NCBI GenBank assembly: GCA_039030515.1
Contig: JBCCEA010000024.1
Location: 1-63,069 of the forward strand
Direction of reading: 5' to 3'
Source of the DNA: Myxococcota bacterium
GTDB taxonomy: Bacteria > Myxococcota_A > Polyangia > Polyangiales > Houyiibacteriaceae
DNA: 63,069 nt
A program made the position numbers and the translations under genes. Below the pieces are notes generated by a model that was not told where the DNA came from, ran no database searches, and was given only the letters and a program-made list of their open reading frames with translations. Shown here piece by piece: positions 41,596 to 51,157 of this stretch. Every line of letters starts with the position of its first letter. Position 1 is the first letter of the stretch.

Positions 41596-42480
41596 ATGCA
41601 GTTCTTCAAATATCAAGGAATCGGCAACGACTTCATTCTGGTTGAGGCTGAGGCCGCACGACAACGTGGCCTCGACGGGCCGATGGCCGAGCAACTATGC
41701 GACCGGCGCTACGGCATCGGCGCGGACGGGGTTCTGATCGTCTCCGCCAGAGATGGAGCCGGCCAGATGCGGGTCTACAACGCCGACGGGTCGGTGCCTG
41801 AAATGTGCGGCAACGGGCTGCGATGCGCCGCACTGCACTTCTTCCGCACGGGCCAAACTGCATCGGAGTTCGATTGCGAAACCGGGGCTGGAGTGCACCG
41901 CTGCCTCGTCTCGACGGGCAAGCCCTCCTCTATAGACACGCGGCGTGCCGAGGTGACGGTCACGATGCGGGTGCCGTCGCTCCTGCCTGCGGATATTCCG
42001 ATGATTTCCGAACAGCCGCTGATCGATGCAGCACTTCGATTCGACTCAAACAGCTCCACTCAGGGCGAGCGTGACGCAACCGAGATGCGTTGGACGCTGG
42101 TCTCGATGGGAAACCCGCATGCGGTCACCTTCGACCCGGTCGATGAGGCCCTACGCGCGGAGCTCGGCGCTCGAATCGAGCGCGACGATCGCTTTCCAGA
42201 AGGCGTCAACGTGGGTTTTGCCAGCCTCGAGCAAGGCGAGATCGGACTCGCGGTTTGGGAGCGAGGCGTCGGTCTTACCCAGGCGTGCGGAACCGGAGCC
42301 TGCGCTGCCGCCGTCGCCGCTGCGGTGACGGGCAGATGTTCGTCAGAGCGTCCCATCCCGGTACGGCTACCCGGGGGAACGCTGAAGATTCAGGTGGGCG
42401 CCCAAACGCAGGGAGATACCCGGAGCGACCCGGTGCGGATGACGGGGCCTGCTCAATGGGTGTTTGAAGGAAACATTTGA
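41596..42480 (+). CDS. dapF: Diaminopimelate epimerase
   Basis: GIGNDF, EMCGNG, MGNPH, ERGVGLTQACGTG. Confidence 0.95.
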   Translation: MQFFKYQGIGNDFILVEAEAARQRGLDGPMAEQLCDRRYGIGADGVLIVSARDGAGQMRVYNADGSVPEMCGNGLRCAALHFFRTGQTASEFDCETGAGVHRCLVSTGKPSSIDTRRAEVTVTMRVPSLLPADIPMISEQPLIDAALRFDSNSSTQGERDATEMRWTLVSMGNPHAVTFDPVDEALRAELGARIERDDRFPEGVNVGFASLEQGEIGLAVWERGVGLTQACGTGACAAAVAAAVTGRCSSERPIPVRLPGGTLKIQVGAQTQGDTRSDPVRMTGPAQWVFEGNI

Positions 42481-42544
42481 CCGCCGCATCTGACGGTAGT
42501 GCGCGATAGACGCACCTAACGGTCAGCGGGATGTCCTTCACCGG

Positions 42545-42602
42545 GCAGGGCCAAACAGCAGGTCAGGCAGCAGGGCCAAGCAGCAGGTCAGGCAGCAGGG
42601 CC
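42545..42602. repeat. 25-bp tandem repeat x2.3
   Basis: gcagggccaaRcagcaggtcaggca between convergent dapF and ruvB. Confidence 0.85.
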
Positions 42603-42625
42603 GCATTCAAACTTAGGCGCTCACG

Positions 42626-43654
42626 CTAGAACAGGCGCGTTTGCCCCTCCGGAATCGGCAGCTGCAGATGATCGAATGCTTTGTCGGTAGCGATTCTGCC
42701 TCGCGCGGTGCGGGCCAGAAATCCCTGCTGCACCAGGTAGGGTTCATACACGTCCTCAAGGGTGCCTCGAGGCTCACTCACCGCGGCGGCGATCGTTTCG
42801 ATACCCACCGGTCCTCCCCGATAGTGCTCGATGATCGTACGCAAGAGGCGCCGATCCATCTCGTCAAGCCCGGCCGTATCGACCTCTAAGCGGTTGAGGG
42901 CGGTTTCCACGGTCGGCCCGTCCAAGACGCCGCTGCCTAAGACCTCAGCAAAGTCCCGAGCGCGACGCAGCAGGTTGTTGGCAATGCGGGGGGTTCCTCG
43001 ACTGCGACGCGCGAGCTCGAGCGCTCCTTCAGCGGTGATGGCGGTGCCGAGCAGCCCCGCACTGCGGGTCACTACCTGGGCCAGCTCCTCAGGAGGGTAG
43101 TAATCAAGGCGCGGAGTGTAACCAAATCGAGATCGAAGTGGGCTTGTGAGCATCCCGGTTCGGGTGGTGGCGCCCACCAAAGTGAAGGGCTCAAGCGGGA
43201 GCTGAATCGTTGCCGCATAAGGGCCCTCTCCATGCACGATATCGATGTGAAAGTCCTCGACGGCGGAGTAGAGGTGCTCTTCGATCGCCGGCGTGAGGCG
43301 ATGTATTTCGTCGATAAACAATACGTCGCGCGACTCGAGCTTGGTGAGCAAAGTGGCGAGCTGCCCCTTGTGTTCGATCGCCGGCGCTTGGGTCACGGTC
43401 AGGTTCACCCCGAGCTCCGAGGCCAGAATCGTCGCCAACGTGGTTTTACCGAGTCCAGGCGGTCCGCAGAACAGAATGTGGTCGAGAGGGTCCCCGCGAC
43501 CCAGAGCCGCCTGCACGAAGACCTTGAGGTTGTCTTTGATGCGGCTTTGTCCGACAAAGTCTTCGAAGCGCTTCGGCCTCAGCGCCCGGTCGAATCGCTG
43601 GGCTTCTTCACTCGCATGAGGCGACACGACGCGCGTGGGTTCTTCTTGGGTCAT
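42626..43654 (-). CDS. ruvB: Holliday junction branch-migration helicase
   Basis: LRPK, GPPGLGKTT, FIDEIHR, GATTR, RGTPRIAN. Confidence 0.97.
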   Translation of the reverse strand: MTQEEPTRVVSPHASEEAQRFDRALRPKRFEDFVGQSRIKDNLKVFVQAALGRGDPLDHILFCGPPGLGKTTLATILASELGVNLTVTQAPAIEHKGQLATLLTKLESRDVLFIDEIHRLTPAIEEHLYSAVEDFHIDIVHGEGPYAATIQLPLEPFTLVGATTRTGMLTSPLRSRFGYTPRLDYYPPEELAQVVTRSAGLLGTAITAEGALELARRSRGTPRIANNLLRRARDFAEVLGSGVLDGPTVETALNRLEVDTAGLDEMDRRLLRTIIEHYRGGPVGIETIAAAVSEPRGTLEDVYEPYLVQQGFLARTARGRIATDKAFDHLQLPIPEGQTRLF

Positions 43655-44280
43655 CCGAGCGCCCGCAATGCATCCCGCAGAAGTTCTTGAACTGACCGGC
43701 CCTGCGTCGGGCGTATGGCGTCGAGGGCCCGCTCAGCTTCCACACTGCGGTAGCCCATCTGTATCAGCGCGCTGAGCACGGTTCGCTCTTCATGGGCGAG
43801 TTCTCGATCCGATGCGTGTTCATGAACCGGCGATGGCTGCGGTGCGGTAACCACGTGTTCTACGAGCACCTTAGGCAGCTTGTCCTTCAGGTCGAGCAGC
43901 AGACGCTCTCTGGTTTTCTTTCCCACGCCGCTGATGCCGTTGAACGCCAGTCGGTTTCCCTGCGCCACCGCATCCGCAAGCTGGAAGGCAGGCAGGCGAC
44001 TCAAGATCGAAAGCGCCAGCTTCGGGCCGACACTGGAAACGCCGAGAAGGGCTCGAAATGCCGCCTTATCCATAGGATGCGCAAAGCCGTAGAGGGTGAT
44101 CGCTTCTTCTCGGACATGGGTATGGATATGCAACGTGGTGGTCGCGTGTTCACCCTCGAGCTCGGCAATACCCACGCTGCCGGAAGGAACGAACACCTCG
44201 TAGCCTACCCCAGCCACGTCGAGCACGATGGATCCGTCAAGGGCGAGATCGACGATCCGCCCGGTCAGTCTGCCGATCAC
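43651..44280 (-). CDS. ruvA: Holliday junction binding protein
   Basis: GVGYEV, VRE..LYGF, HhH motifs VGPK and GVGKK. Confidence 0.95.
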   Translation of the reverse strand: MIGRLTGRIVDLALDGSIVLDVAGVGYEVFVPSGSVGIAELEGEHATTTLHIHTHVREEAITLYGFAHPMDKAAFRALLGVSSVGPKLALSILSRLPAFQLADAVAQGNRLAFNGISGVGKKTRERLLLDLKDKLPKVLVEHVVTAPQPSPVHEHASDRELAHEERTVLSALIQMGYRSVEAERALDAIRPTQGRSVQELLRDALRALG

Positions 44281-44286
44281 TGCACC

Positions 44287-44814
44287 CTACCGATCACGGC
44301 GCACTACCGAGTCACTGCACCCTACCGAGCGTCGCAGTCTGCCAAGGTAGGGAGCGGCCTGCGCGTGGGTTATCGCTACGGCAAGGGCATCGGTTGCGTC
44401 GAGGGCCGGCAGATCCCTCCAGCCAAGCAGGGCTCCCACAAAACGGGCCACCTGGGATTTATCGGCGTTCCCTTTGCCACCCACCGCTTTTTTCACCGTC
44501 GCCGGGGGATACTCATGAATCGCGCGGCCACATTGAGCCGCCGCCAGTAGAGCCACCCCTCGAACATGCCCCAGTTTGAGTGCGGCGTTGGCGTGTTTGG
44601 CAAAGAAGATGCTCTCAACCGCGATCGCCTCAGGCGCGTGCTCGTCCATCAAACCGCAGAGCCCTTGATGCAGGATGCACAGCCTCTCGGACAAAGGCAG
44701 CGTCTTGCCGACCTGCAGTGTCCCCGCGGCCACACCGTGAAGCTTCGACCCTTCGCACTGTACAACACCCCACCCCGTGACGTAGCTCCCGGGGTCGATT
44801 CCGAACACCTTCAC
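44287..44814 (-). CDS. ruvC: Holliday junction resolvase
   Basis: GIDPG, AVES, GNADK, DATDALAVA. Confidence 0.95.
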   Translation of the reverse strand: MKVFGIDPGSYVTGWGVVQCEGSKLHGVAAGTLQVGKTLPLSERLCILHQGLCGLMDEHAPEAIAVESIFFAKHANAALKLGHVRGVALLAAAQCGRAIHEYPPATVKKAVGGKGNADKSQVARFVGALLGWRDLPALDATDALAVAITHAQAAPYLGRLRRSVGCSDSVVRRDR

Positions 44815-44959
44815 TCTGCCTCACATGTGCGCTGCATTCCGGCGAGAACTCCTGGTGGGTACCCTAGCTCAGCTCGGTCGAAAATAGCCAATGCAGGACG
44901 CTACCTCCGCCACTGGAGATCCGGAGCGCTCAAATCCAGGTCGACCGCGGTCCAGGCAT

Positions 44960-45709
44960 TTAAGCATCCAAGCGCGCGAGTGCGGACTCGCTGAGTTCGA
45001 AGTCCGTGAAAACGCTTTGGATATCGTCATGGTCGTCTAGAGTCTCAAAAAGACCGACGAGTTTTTCAGCGTCCGCATCGTCCGCAAGTTTGGGCGTTTT
45101 TGGAATCTGCGCGAGTCGGGTCTGTAGCTCACGGTAGCCCGCGCCTTCGAGAGCATCGCGAACCACGTCCATCGCGTCTCGCGGCGTGGTCACCAGCCAG
45201 TGGTCTCCATCTTCGACAAGGTCTTCGGCCCCCGCCGCACCGGATACTTCAAAAAGCGCCTCTTCAGTCGCGGCTTCTCTTGGCAGCTTGATCGTCCCTT
45301 TCTGGTCGAACGCCCAGGAGGCCGAGCCGCTTGCTCCGAGCTGACCACCGTATTTGTCGAAGATCTTTCGAATCTCTGGGGCGGTACGGTTGCGATTGTC
45401 CGTCATCACCTCGAGCAGAAAGAGGGTCCCCCCCGGGCCAACCCCTTCATAAAGCAGCTCCTCGTAGAGCACGCCCTCCAGCTCTCCAGTGCCTTTCTTG
45501 ATGGCCCGGTCGATATTGCTGGCCGGCATATTGTTCGATTTTGCGAGGTCGATCGCGTTTCTCAGACGAGGATTTCCGGCCGGATCTCCTCCTCCCAGAC
45601 GCGCGGCGATGGTGATCTCTTTGATCACCTTGGTGAAGACCTTACCGCGCTTGGCGTCCGCAGCGCCCTTTTTCCTCTTGATCGTCGACCATTTGCTGTG
45701 ACCACTCAT
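44960..45709 (-). CDS. yebC: YebC/PmpR family protein
   Basis: MSGHSKWSTIK, YEG, TDNRNRT; usual position upstream of ruvCAB. Confidence 0.95.
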   Translation of the reverse strand: MSGHSKWSTIKRKKGAADAKRGKVFTKVIKEITIAARLGGGDPAGNPRLRNAIDLAKSNNMPASNIDRAIKKGTGELEGVLYEELLYEGVGPGGTLFLLEVMTDNRNRTAPEIRKIFDKYGGQLGASGSASWAFDQKGTIKLPREAATEEALFEVSGAAGAEDLVEDGDHWLVTTPRDAMDVVRDALEGAGYRELQTRLAQIPKTPKLADDADAEKLVGLFETLDDHDDIQSVFTDFELSESALARLDA

Positions 45710-45737
45710 TGAGCTCTGGACGTTAGGCGTCCTCCCC

Positions 45738-45805
45738 GGGGGGCGTCAAGCCGCTGTAGCTGGGGGGCGTCAGCCGCTGTAGCCGGGAGGCGTCAAGCCG
45801 CTGTA
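45738..45805. repeat. 23-24-bp tandem repeat x3
   Basis: ggg(g/a)ggcgtca(a)gccgctgta upstream of yebC. Confidence 0.8.
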
Positions 45806-46023
45806 AGCAGCCGTCTGCTGCGCGCCCTATGGCCGTCCGAGTCTTGAAAACGATGGGGCAGCTTGTGATAAGACTTCGTTCGCGATCCGTGGAGTGAACG
45901 CAGAAGTTGACGAGTGTGAACTAGCTTTCACGTCGCAAGGGAACGAAAGCTTTGGAAACGCGTGCTGGTTTCGCTTTGGCACAGAATTGGATAGGGATGG
46001 CAATTCGCTCGTTTGGAGGCTTC

Positions 46024-47022
46024 ATGCTGCGCTTCTTCGCTCCCATCCTGCTCGCTGCGGCGGGAATCACCGTTTCGGCCTGCTCGAACGAAGAGTATTC
46101 CTGTGACGATACCGGTTGCTTTTACTGCGACGGGCTAGGCTGCCGTCGCGTTCAGCCGGAATCACGAACGGCTTGCTTTGGAGATGTAGAATGCGCTTCT
46201 TCAGAGCGATGCACCGACGTCGGCTGCGTTCCGATCTGCGCTGAAGACCGGGACTGCCCGGACGGTACGGTCTGCCGTGGCGATCTCTGCCTGGAGCCGA
46301 CCGAGCCCGACCCGATCGCCACCCCAGGCAGCTGCGAGCGGAGCGACGAGTGCCCCGAAGGCGCTCTGTGTCTGAACGGACTCTGTGCGGCCAGCAACCA
46401 ATCCTGCGGGCAGGGCCCCTGCAGCTGTGCAGATTCTGAAGTGTGCGCCGCCGGATTTGTCTGCAGCGAGCAGGAGTGCCGGCCCGAATCGGATGCGTGT
46501 CAGTTCGATGTGGAGTGCGGACAAGACGCTTCGGGCGGGGGCCGGTTTTGCATCGACGGCGCGTGTCACGACGGCTGTGGCGGGGCCGGGCAAACCTGTC
46601 TTGCCGGGCAAGCCTGTATCGAGAGCGTATGCCGTGACGAAGATGCGGCCGCGGGTCAGTGCCAACTGGACGTCGACTGCCAGCAAAACCTGGTCTGTCT
46701 CGATTCCTCTTGCGTCGAGGGATGTTCGGCCGATTCCGACTGCAGCTCCGGCTACTACTGCCTCAATCGGCAGTGCCGGGTCGATGACCGTCCTCAACCG
46801 TTTTGTTCGAGCGACGCGATGTGCGTTGCGGGTCGCCGATGCGTAGACGGGGTCTGCCGAACGCCCTGCGCGACGAGTCAGGAGTGCTTGCGCTTCGACG
46901 TTCAGTTTGTACTTTGCAGCGATGAAGGCTTTTGCCTCACCAGCAACGAGGCCGGCAGTGATTGCGCCACCAGCGTAGACTGCACTGCCGATCGAGAGTG
47001 CCGTGACGGCATCTGCCTCTGA
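46024..47022 (+). CDS. Cys-rich repeat lipoprotein
   Basis: Signal peptide with lipobox VSAC; many CxxxxxC...CxxxxC repeats. Confidence 0.8.
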   Translation: MLRFFAPILLAAAGITVSACSNEEYSCDDTGCFYCDGLGCRRVQPESRTACFGDVECASSERCTDVGCVPICAEDRDCPDGTVCRGDLCLEPTEPDPIATPGSCERSDECPEGALCLNGLCAASNQSCGQGPCSCADSEVCAAGFVCSEQECRPESDACQFDVECGQDASGGGRFCIDGACHDGCGGAGQTCLAGQACIESVCRDEDAAAGQCQLDVDCQQNLVCLDSSCVEGCSADSDCSSGYYCLNRQCRVDDRPQPFCSSDAMCVAGRRCVDGVCRTPCATSQECLRFDVQFVLCSDEGFCLTSNEAGSDCATSVDCTADRECRDGICL

Positions 47023-47036
47023 GGCTCTCGTCCCAA

Positions 47037-47078
47037 GCAATGCGCTGATATTGCCTGCTGGGTGCCCTCGCCTAAGAT
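47037..47078 (+). promoter_or_regulatory. Island promoter cassette, copy 1
   Basis: GCAATGCGCTGATA-TTGCCT-16bp-TAAGAT, 12 nt before ATG; near-identical copies at 49479 and 54485. Confidence 0.7.
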
Positions 47079-47090
47079 TGTGAAGGACGT

Positions 47091-48002
47091 ATGGGCAGAC
47101 GGCAAAGACGGCAAAGACGGCGAAGGCTGGAGCAACCGACACCCCCGGTTCCGATGAGGCATGTCAGAGCCCGTCTTGGCGAAGATCCTCCAGCTTCTGC
47201 AGCACCGCCGGTACCGCCTGCAAGATTCGTTATGCCGCCACCAGTACCGACTATGCCACTAGTACCGGCTTTGCCACCAGCTCCGCCGCTTGGGCGCCTC
47301 AGTCAACCTCAAGGATTTCCAGCCCCAACTTATAGTCCCGGCAGTAACGCTAACAACAACATATTCCCAAACCAAGATCGCGAGCACGCCTTAGCAATGT
47401 GGAATCAACTAGCCAGTGTTCGCTCGGGACTACCAAAGCTATCGGTAGACTCCATTCGCAAACCAATCTCTAGACTGCATGTCCTGATGCAACATCTTAC
47501 TCCAGCGCTAAGTTTGGCAGAGGTCGAGCGTCTAATCGATTACGCAGACTCAATTCGTAACCGACGAGGTCCACCGAGCGCCCACCCAGAGGTGTGTAAC
47601 GTTTATGGACAGCTCAATCGAAGCTTCATATCCCATGTGGCAAGGACACTGGGGATAGGCTGCGTAGAAGACAGCAAAATCTCCCTACAATTGGACATGG
47701 CTCTTTGCGCACTATTTGATACGAAACCATTCAGTGGCTGGGACCGCAACTTCAAGCACGACCCCGGTAACGTTGCGATGTTTGCTGTACGCCTGCGATT
47801 GATGACCTATTTCACGAGCATGGATGAGGTTGACTCGGGAGACTACCTGCCTCTACTTTACGCCGACGGATTGTTCGTGCCTGGTTTTGTCCGCTTCTGT
47901 GGCAATAAACCAACCTCGTGGAGCCGGTCTAATTTTGTATACTACTGTAAAAAACACTTCAAAAATCAGATCAAAGACAAGCCTCTCCCGATCGCAGATT
48001 GA
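47091..48002 (+). CDS. Island paralogue 1: Arg-rich N-terminus, Pro-rich tract, unknown helical domain (divergent member)
   Basis: MGRRQRRQRRRR; HLTPALS, QLDMALCAL, AVRLRL and LLYADGL align with the other paralogues. Confidence 0.75.
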   Translation: MGRRQRRQRRRRLEQPTPPVPMRHVRARLGEDPPASAAPPVPPARFVMPPPVPTMPLVPALPPAPPLGRLSQPQGFPAPTYSPGSNANNNIFPNQDREHALAMWNQLASVRSGLPKLSVDSIRKPISRLHVLMQHLTPALSLAEVERLIDYADSIRNRRGPPSAHPEVCNVYGQLNRSFISHVARTLGIGCVEDSKISLQLDMALCALFDTKPFSGWDRNFKHDPGNVAMFAVRLRLMTYFTSMDEVDSGDYLPLLYADGLFVPGFVRFCGNKPTSWSRSNFVYYCKKHFKNQIKDKPLPIAD

Positions 48003-48363
48003 GAAACTTAAATTTCAAGCAAAACACTGGCAAGAGCTGTTGAATCAATTCCTTCGCTCAAGCTATTCAAGCTATTGTCCATAGCCGATTCAAAACGAGG
48101 CTAAACACGTAAAGCGACGGCGAGTCACCTCGCCTCTAAAGACGATGTCCGCAAAGCCACAGTCGTTGAGGCGAGAGGTTTGGTCCGGTCGACTGATAAG
48201 GTAAAAACCAGATGCGGCAGTCATATCTGACTGCAAGCTTAGGGCAATGTCACTGCGAGCTTGGGGCAACGTGACCGCCCTGAGAGAGCTTGATGCCCTC
48301 CCCCCGGCAGACCGCGCTATCGATCGAGGCTGCCTCAAGGGCATCTACCGCCCGCAATCCTGA

Positions 48364-48405
48364 GTAATCCAATGACATTGACGATAGCGACCCGTACCTC
48401 GAGCT
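48364..48405 (+). promoter_or_regulatory. Island promoter cassette, degenerate copy 2
   Basis: GTAATCCAATGACA-TTGACG-16bp-CGAGCT, 13 nt before ATG 48419. Confidence 0.45.
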
Positions 48406-48418
48406 TGTAAGACGAATT

Positions 48419-49381
48419 ATGTCCAATAGAAAGCGACCGCCGGACTATCCTCTGACTGGTCGACCGTCTGAGCGTCTATGCTTGAGAGCGGGTGGAGCCG
48501 AAAGCTCCGTTGGAGGCGGGCCCCCACCGGTAAGCCAGGGTCCTTTTATTCCGCGCCCTCTGGTTTTTCCATATCCGCATGCGTCACAAGGAGCGCCAGC
48601 CCCGCCTTTACCGCCAGCCGTTCCGCCAGGGCATGTGGCTAATCGAGAACGCATATCGGACGAGGAGGCGTCAGGTTTCCTGCATTTCGTTCGAAGCGCC
48701 GAACGTCTACGTAATCTGAAACAAGCTCTCACAGAAATTCGTGGAAAAGGCCGCACCGTGCTGCCAGGGTTGGTTGGCAAAGATGCAACTGAGTTGCTTA
48801 GAGACGTATCACCTTATGCTGAGAAACTAACTCCTCCGCTATTTCCCGACGACATCGCGAAGTTAGACTTTCGATTGAAAAACGGACAGCCTTTTGGAAT
48901 CGGTCTATTGAACTGTTACTATCGTTTGCATCAAAAAAAATCGCGTCAAGAGAGGGACAAGCGTACTGCAGATGAGATCTTATATCATCTCGGCGATCTA
49001 CACACGCATCGTCAAATCGCTACAGCACTTTATGCATTGGCACAAAAAGGCATGTTTGAAAGGTTTGGTTACCACCAGACGAAGAAACGATACCGACTTG
49101 TTGCTCACTTGAGGGTCATCGAATGGTTACATTTTTTTACGAAAGCAAATATTCACTTAGACGAAAAGAGAATTAATCCATCTTATATTTTTTCATTGCT
49201 CATGGCAGATGGGCTTATCGACCGGGATTTTATAACTTATTGGGTGAACAATTATAAGTCTAGCTGGTGTATGACTCTTGGAACGTGGAAGGACCATCAC
49301 GCCGGGAATTACGCAAAGTTTCCAGGCCCTTTTGATGCTCGAGATCCTCTGTATCACGTTGGACCTGCGATGCTTTGGTAG
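48419..49381 (+). CDS. Island paralogue 2
   Basis: MSNRKRP; KLTPPL, HTHRQIATAL, HLRVIEW, LLMADGL, FDARDPLY. Confidence 0.85.
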   Translation: MSNRKRPPDYPLTGRPSERLCLRAGGAESSVGGGPPPVSQGPFIPRPLVFPYPHASQGAPAPPLPPAVPPGHVANRERISDEEASGFLHFVRSAERLRNLKQALTEIRGKGRTVLPGLVGKDATELLRDVSPYAEKLTPPLFPDDIAKLDFRLKNGQPFGIGLLNCYYRLHQKKSRQERDKRTADEILYHLGDLHTHRQIATALYALAQKGMFERFGYHQTKKRYRLVAHLRVIEWLHFFTKANIHLDEKRINPSYIFSLLMADGLIDRDFITYWVNNYKSSWCMTLGTWKDHHAGNYAKFPGPFDARDPLYHVGPAMLW

Positions 49382-49428
49382 CCGCTCTCAACGCAACTGC
49401 CAAGATGATGTGGTCCGGTGCACCTTGA
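49381..49428 (+). repeat. 3' trailer repeat, copy 1
   Basis: gccgctctcaacgcaactgccaagatgatgtggtc.g.tgcaccttga, also at 50651. Confidence 0.9.
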
Positions 49429-49478
49429 GATCTTAATAATTTAGGTGCAGCGACGGCGTCTGAGTCCTATCGTTCCAG

Positions 49479-49520
49479 GCAATGCGCTGATATTGACGAC
49501 CGGGTCCTGTAGCCTAGGCT
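49479..49520 (+). promoter_or_regulatory. Island promoter cassette, copy 3
   Basis: GCAATGCGCTGATA-TTGACG-16bp-TAGGCT, 12 nt before ATG. Confidence 0.75.
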
Positions 49521-49532
49521 TGCGCGATACGT

Positions 49533-50648
49533 ATGGGGAAACCACGAAACAAGCGTCGTCGCGTAGTTTGGGCAACTCCGGCTGATGACCCTGCCAACAG
49601 TCCGCAGGTTCCGCCCAGACCCGCTGCTCAAGCAGGTCAGTACGGAGCACGAGTAACACGCTTCCATCACGGGCAAGACCTCAGTCCTTTTGTGCCGCGA
49701 GGTTCAACATTCTGCCCGTCACCCGGGACAGGGAGCGTTGGAGTACCGCACTCCCCGCCTTCAGCGTTCGAGATGCCGCCACCGGCGGACCCAGTCCGGC
49801 CTCCGCAGGCGCCTGTCCTGCCACCACCGGTACCGGCGTTATCACCAGCCCCGCCTTTGCCGCCAGTCATTCCGTCAAGGCATATGGCTAGTGCAGGTTC
49901 CGGATTGCCGCAGCGTGGGTTAAGTTTCTCGCATTGCACTCGACCTTTCGACTGCTCAAACAATCTAAAGCTAGGATTCAAAGCAATTAGCGGAGCAGAC
50001 GTACCCAAGCTGCCAAAGTTTCCTGGGGATAATATAGAAAAGAAAGTAAATAAATGGTGGGCAGACATATCGCCTTGTGTTGGAAAACTAACTCCTCCAC
50101 TACTTCCCGACGACATCGAGAAGTTAGCCAATCGGTCGCAAACAGAACATTCTCGCAACCTCGATCTGTTATCATATTATTACGAATTATACGGAAACCA
50201 ATCACCTCAAGCGAGTGATATGCTTATCGCAAATTCGATCTTGCATCAGCTCGGCAAGCTGCATACACATCGTCAGATAGCCACAGCGCTTTGTGCACTA
50301 AGAACAAAAGGCGTATTTGCACAACTCGGTTACGATCGCGAGGACAAGTGGTGCCTGCTTGCTACTCACTTACGAGTCATCGAGTGGTTACATTACTTTA
50401 AGAAAGCAAATATCCGTTTTAAGGGAAAGCGGCCTACGGGGAATTATGTTCTTGTATTGCTCATGGCGGATGGACTTCTCGATTCCGGATTTATAGACTA
50501 CTGGAGACATAGCGCATATTTTGATTGGTCTCATGCCTTTTGTATCTGGCGAGATAATTACGATAAAAAACCTAGTGGTTTTCCAGAACCCTTTGATGAT
50601 CATGACCCTTTATATCGCCTTTATCATGCTGCACCTGCTGTGACGTGA
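49533..50648 (+). CDS. Island paralogue 3
   Basis: MGKPRNKRRRV; long Pro-rich tract; KLTPPL, HTHRQIATAL, HLRVIEW, LLMADGL, FDDHDPLY. Confidence 0.85.
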   Translation: MGKPRNKRRRVVWATPADDPANSPQVPPRPAAQAGQYGARVTRFHHGQDLSPFVPRGSTFCPSPGTGSVGVPHSPPSAFEMPPPADPVRPPQAPVLPPPVPALSPAPPLPPVIPSRHMASAGSGLPQRGLSFSHCTRPFDCSNNLKLGFKAISGADVPKLPKFPGDNIEKKVNKWWADISPCVGKLTPPLLPDDIEKLANRSQTEHSRNLDLLSYYYELYGNQSPQASDMLIANSILHQLGKLHTHRQIATALCALRTKGVFAQLGYDREDKWCLLATHLRVIEWLHYFKKANIRFKGKRPTGNYVLVLLMADGLLDSGFIDYWRHSAYFDWSHAFCIWRDNYDKKPSGFPEPFDDHDPLYRLYHAAPAVT

Positions 50649-50650
50649 GA

Positions 50651-50698
50651 GCCGCTCTCAACGCAACTGCCAAGATGATGTGGTCAGATGCACCTTGA
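50651..50698 (+). repeat. 3' trailer repeat, copy 2
   Basis: 46 of 48 nt match 49381-49428. Confidence 0.9.
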
Positions 50699-51157
50699 AA
50701 AAATCTAATAAACCAGAAACCAAAGCGCTTTAGACGAGTTGCATATGAAACTCTGTTTGCAGACTGGCTAGTACGCATACGTCGACGCCAAAACCGCTGT
50801 GCCCCCTCATTTTGACCCTCCTGCGTACGACCGAGTCATGAGACCAAGTTACTCCGAAACTACATCGGAATTGCATCGAACGAGCCGCTACTTGGCGAAC
50901 ATCAGTTGTCTGGAACCGTAGATCGTCACCTAGAGTGCGCAAGTTGTCCGCAGGCACACAAGAGATTCGAATAATATGACCTCAGATTTGTGAAATTTGG
51001 TCAGAATTTCTCCATGCCCGGGACGCCGCATTGCTTGTGGGTTCTTGAGAACGTACTTAAATATGCGCTTGCTTCAGCCCTGGTGATGGCGCGGAGACAC
51101 TTAAGACTGCACGTAGTTTTTGCCTGGCACCGTATCCAAACGAATAAAGCTTTCACT

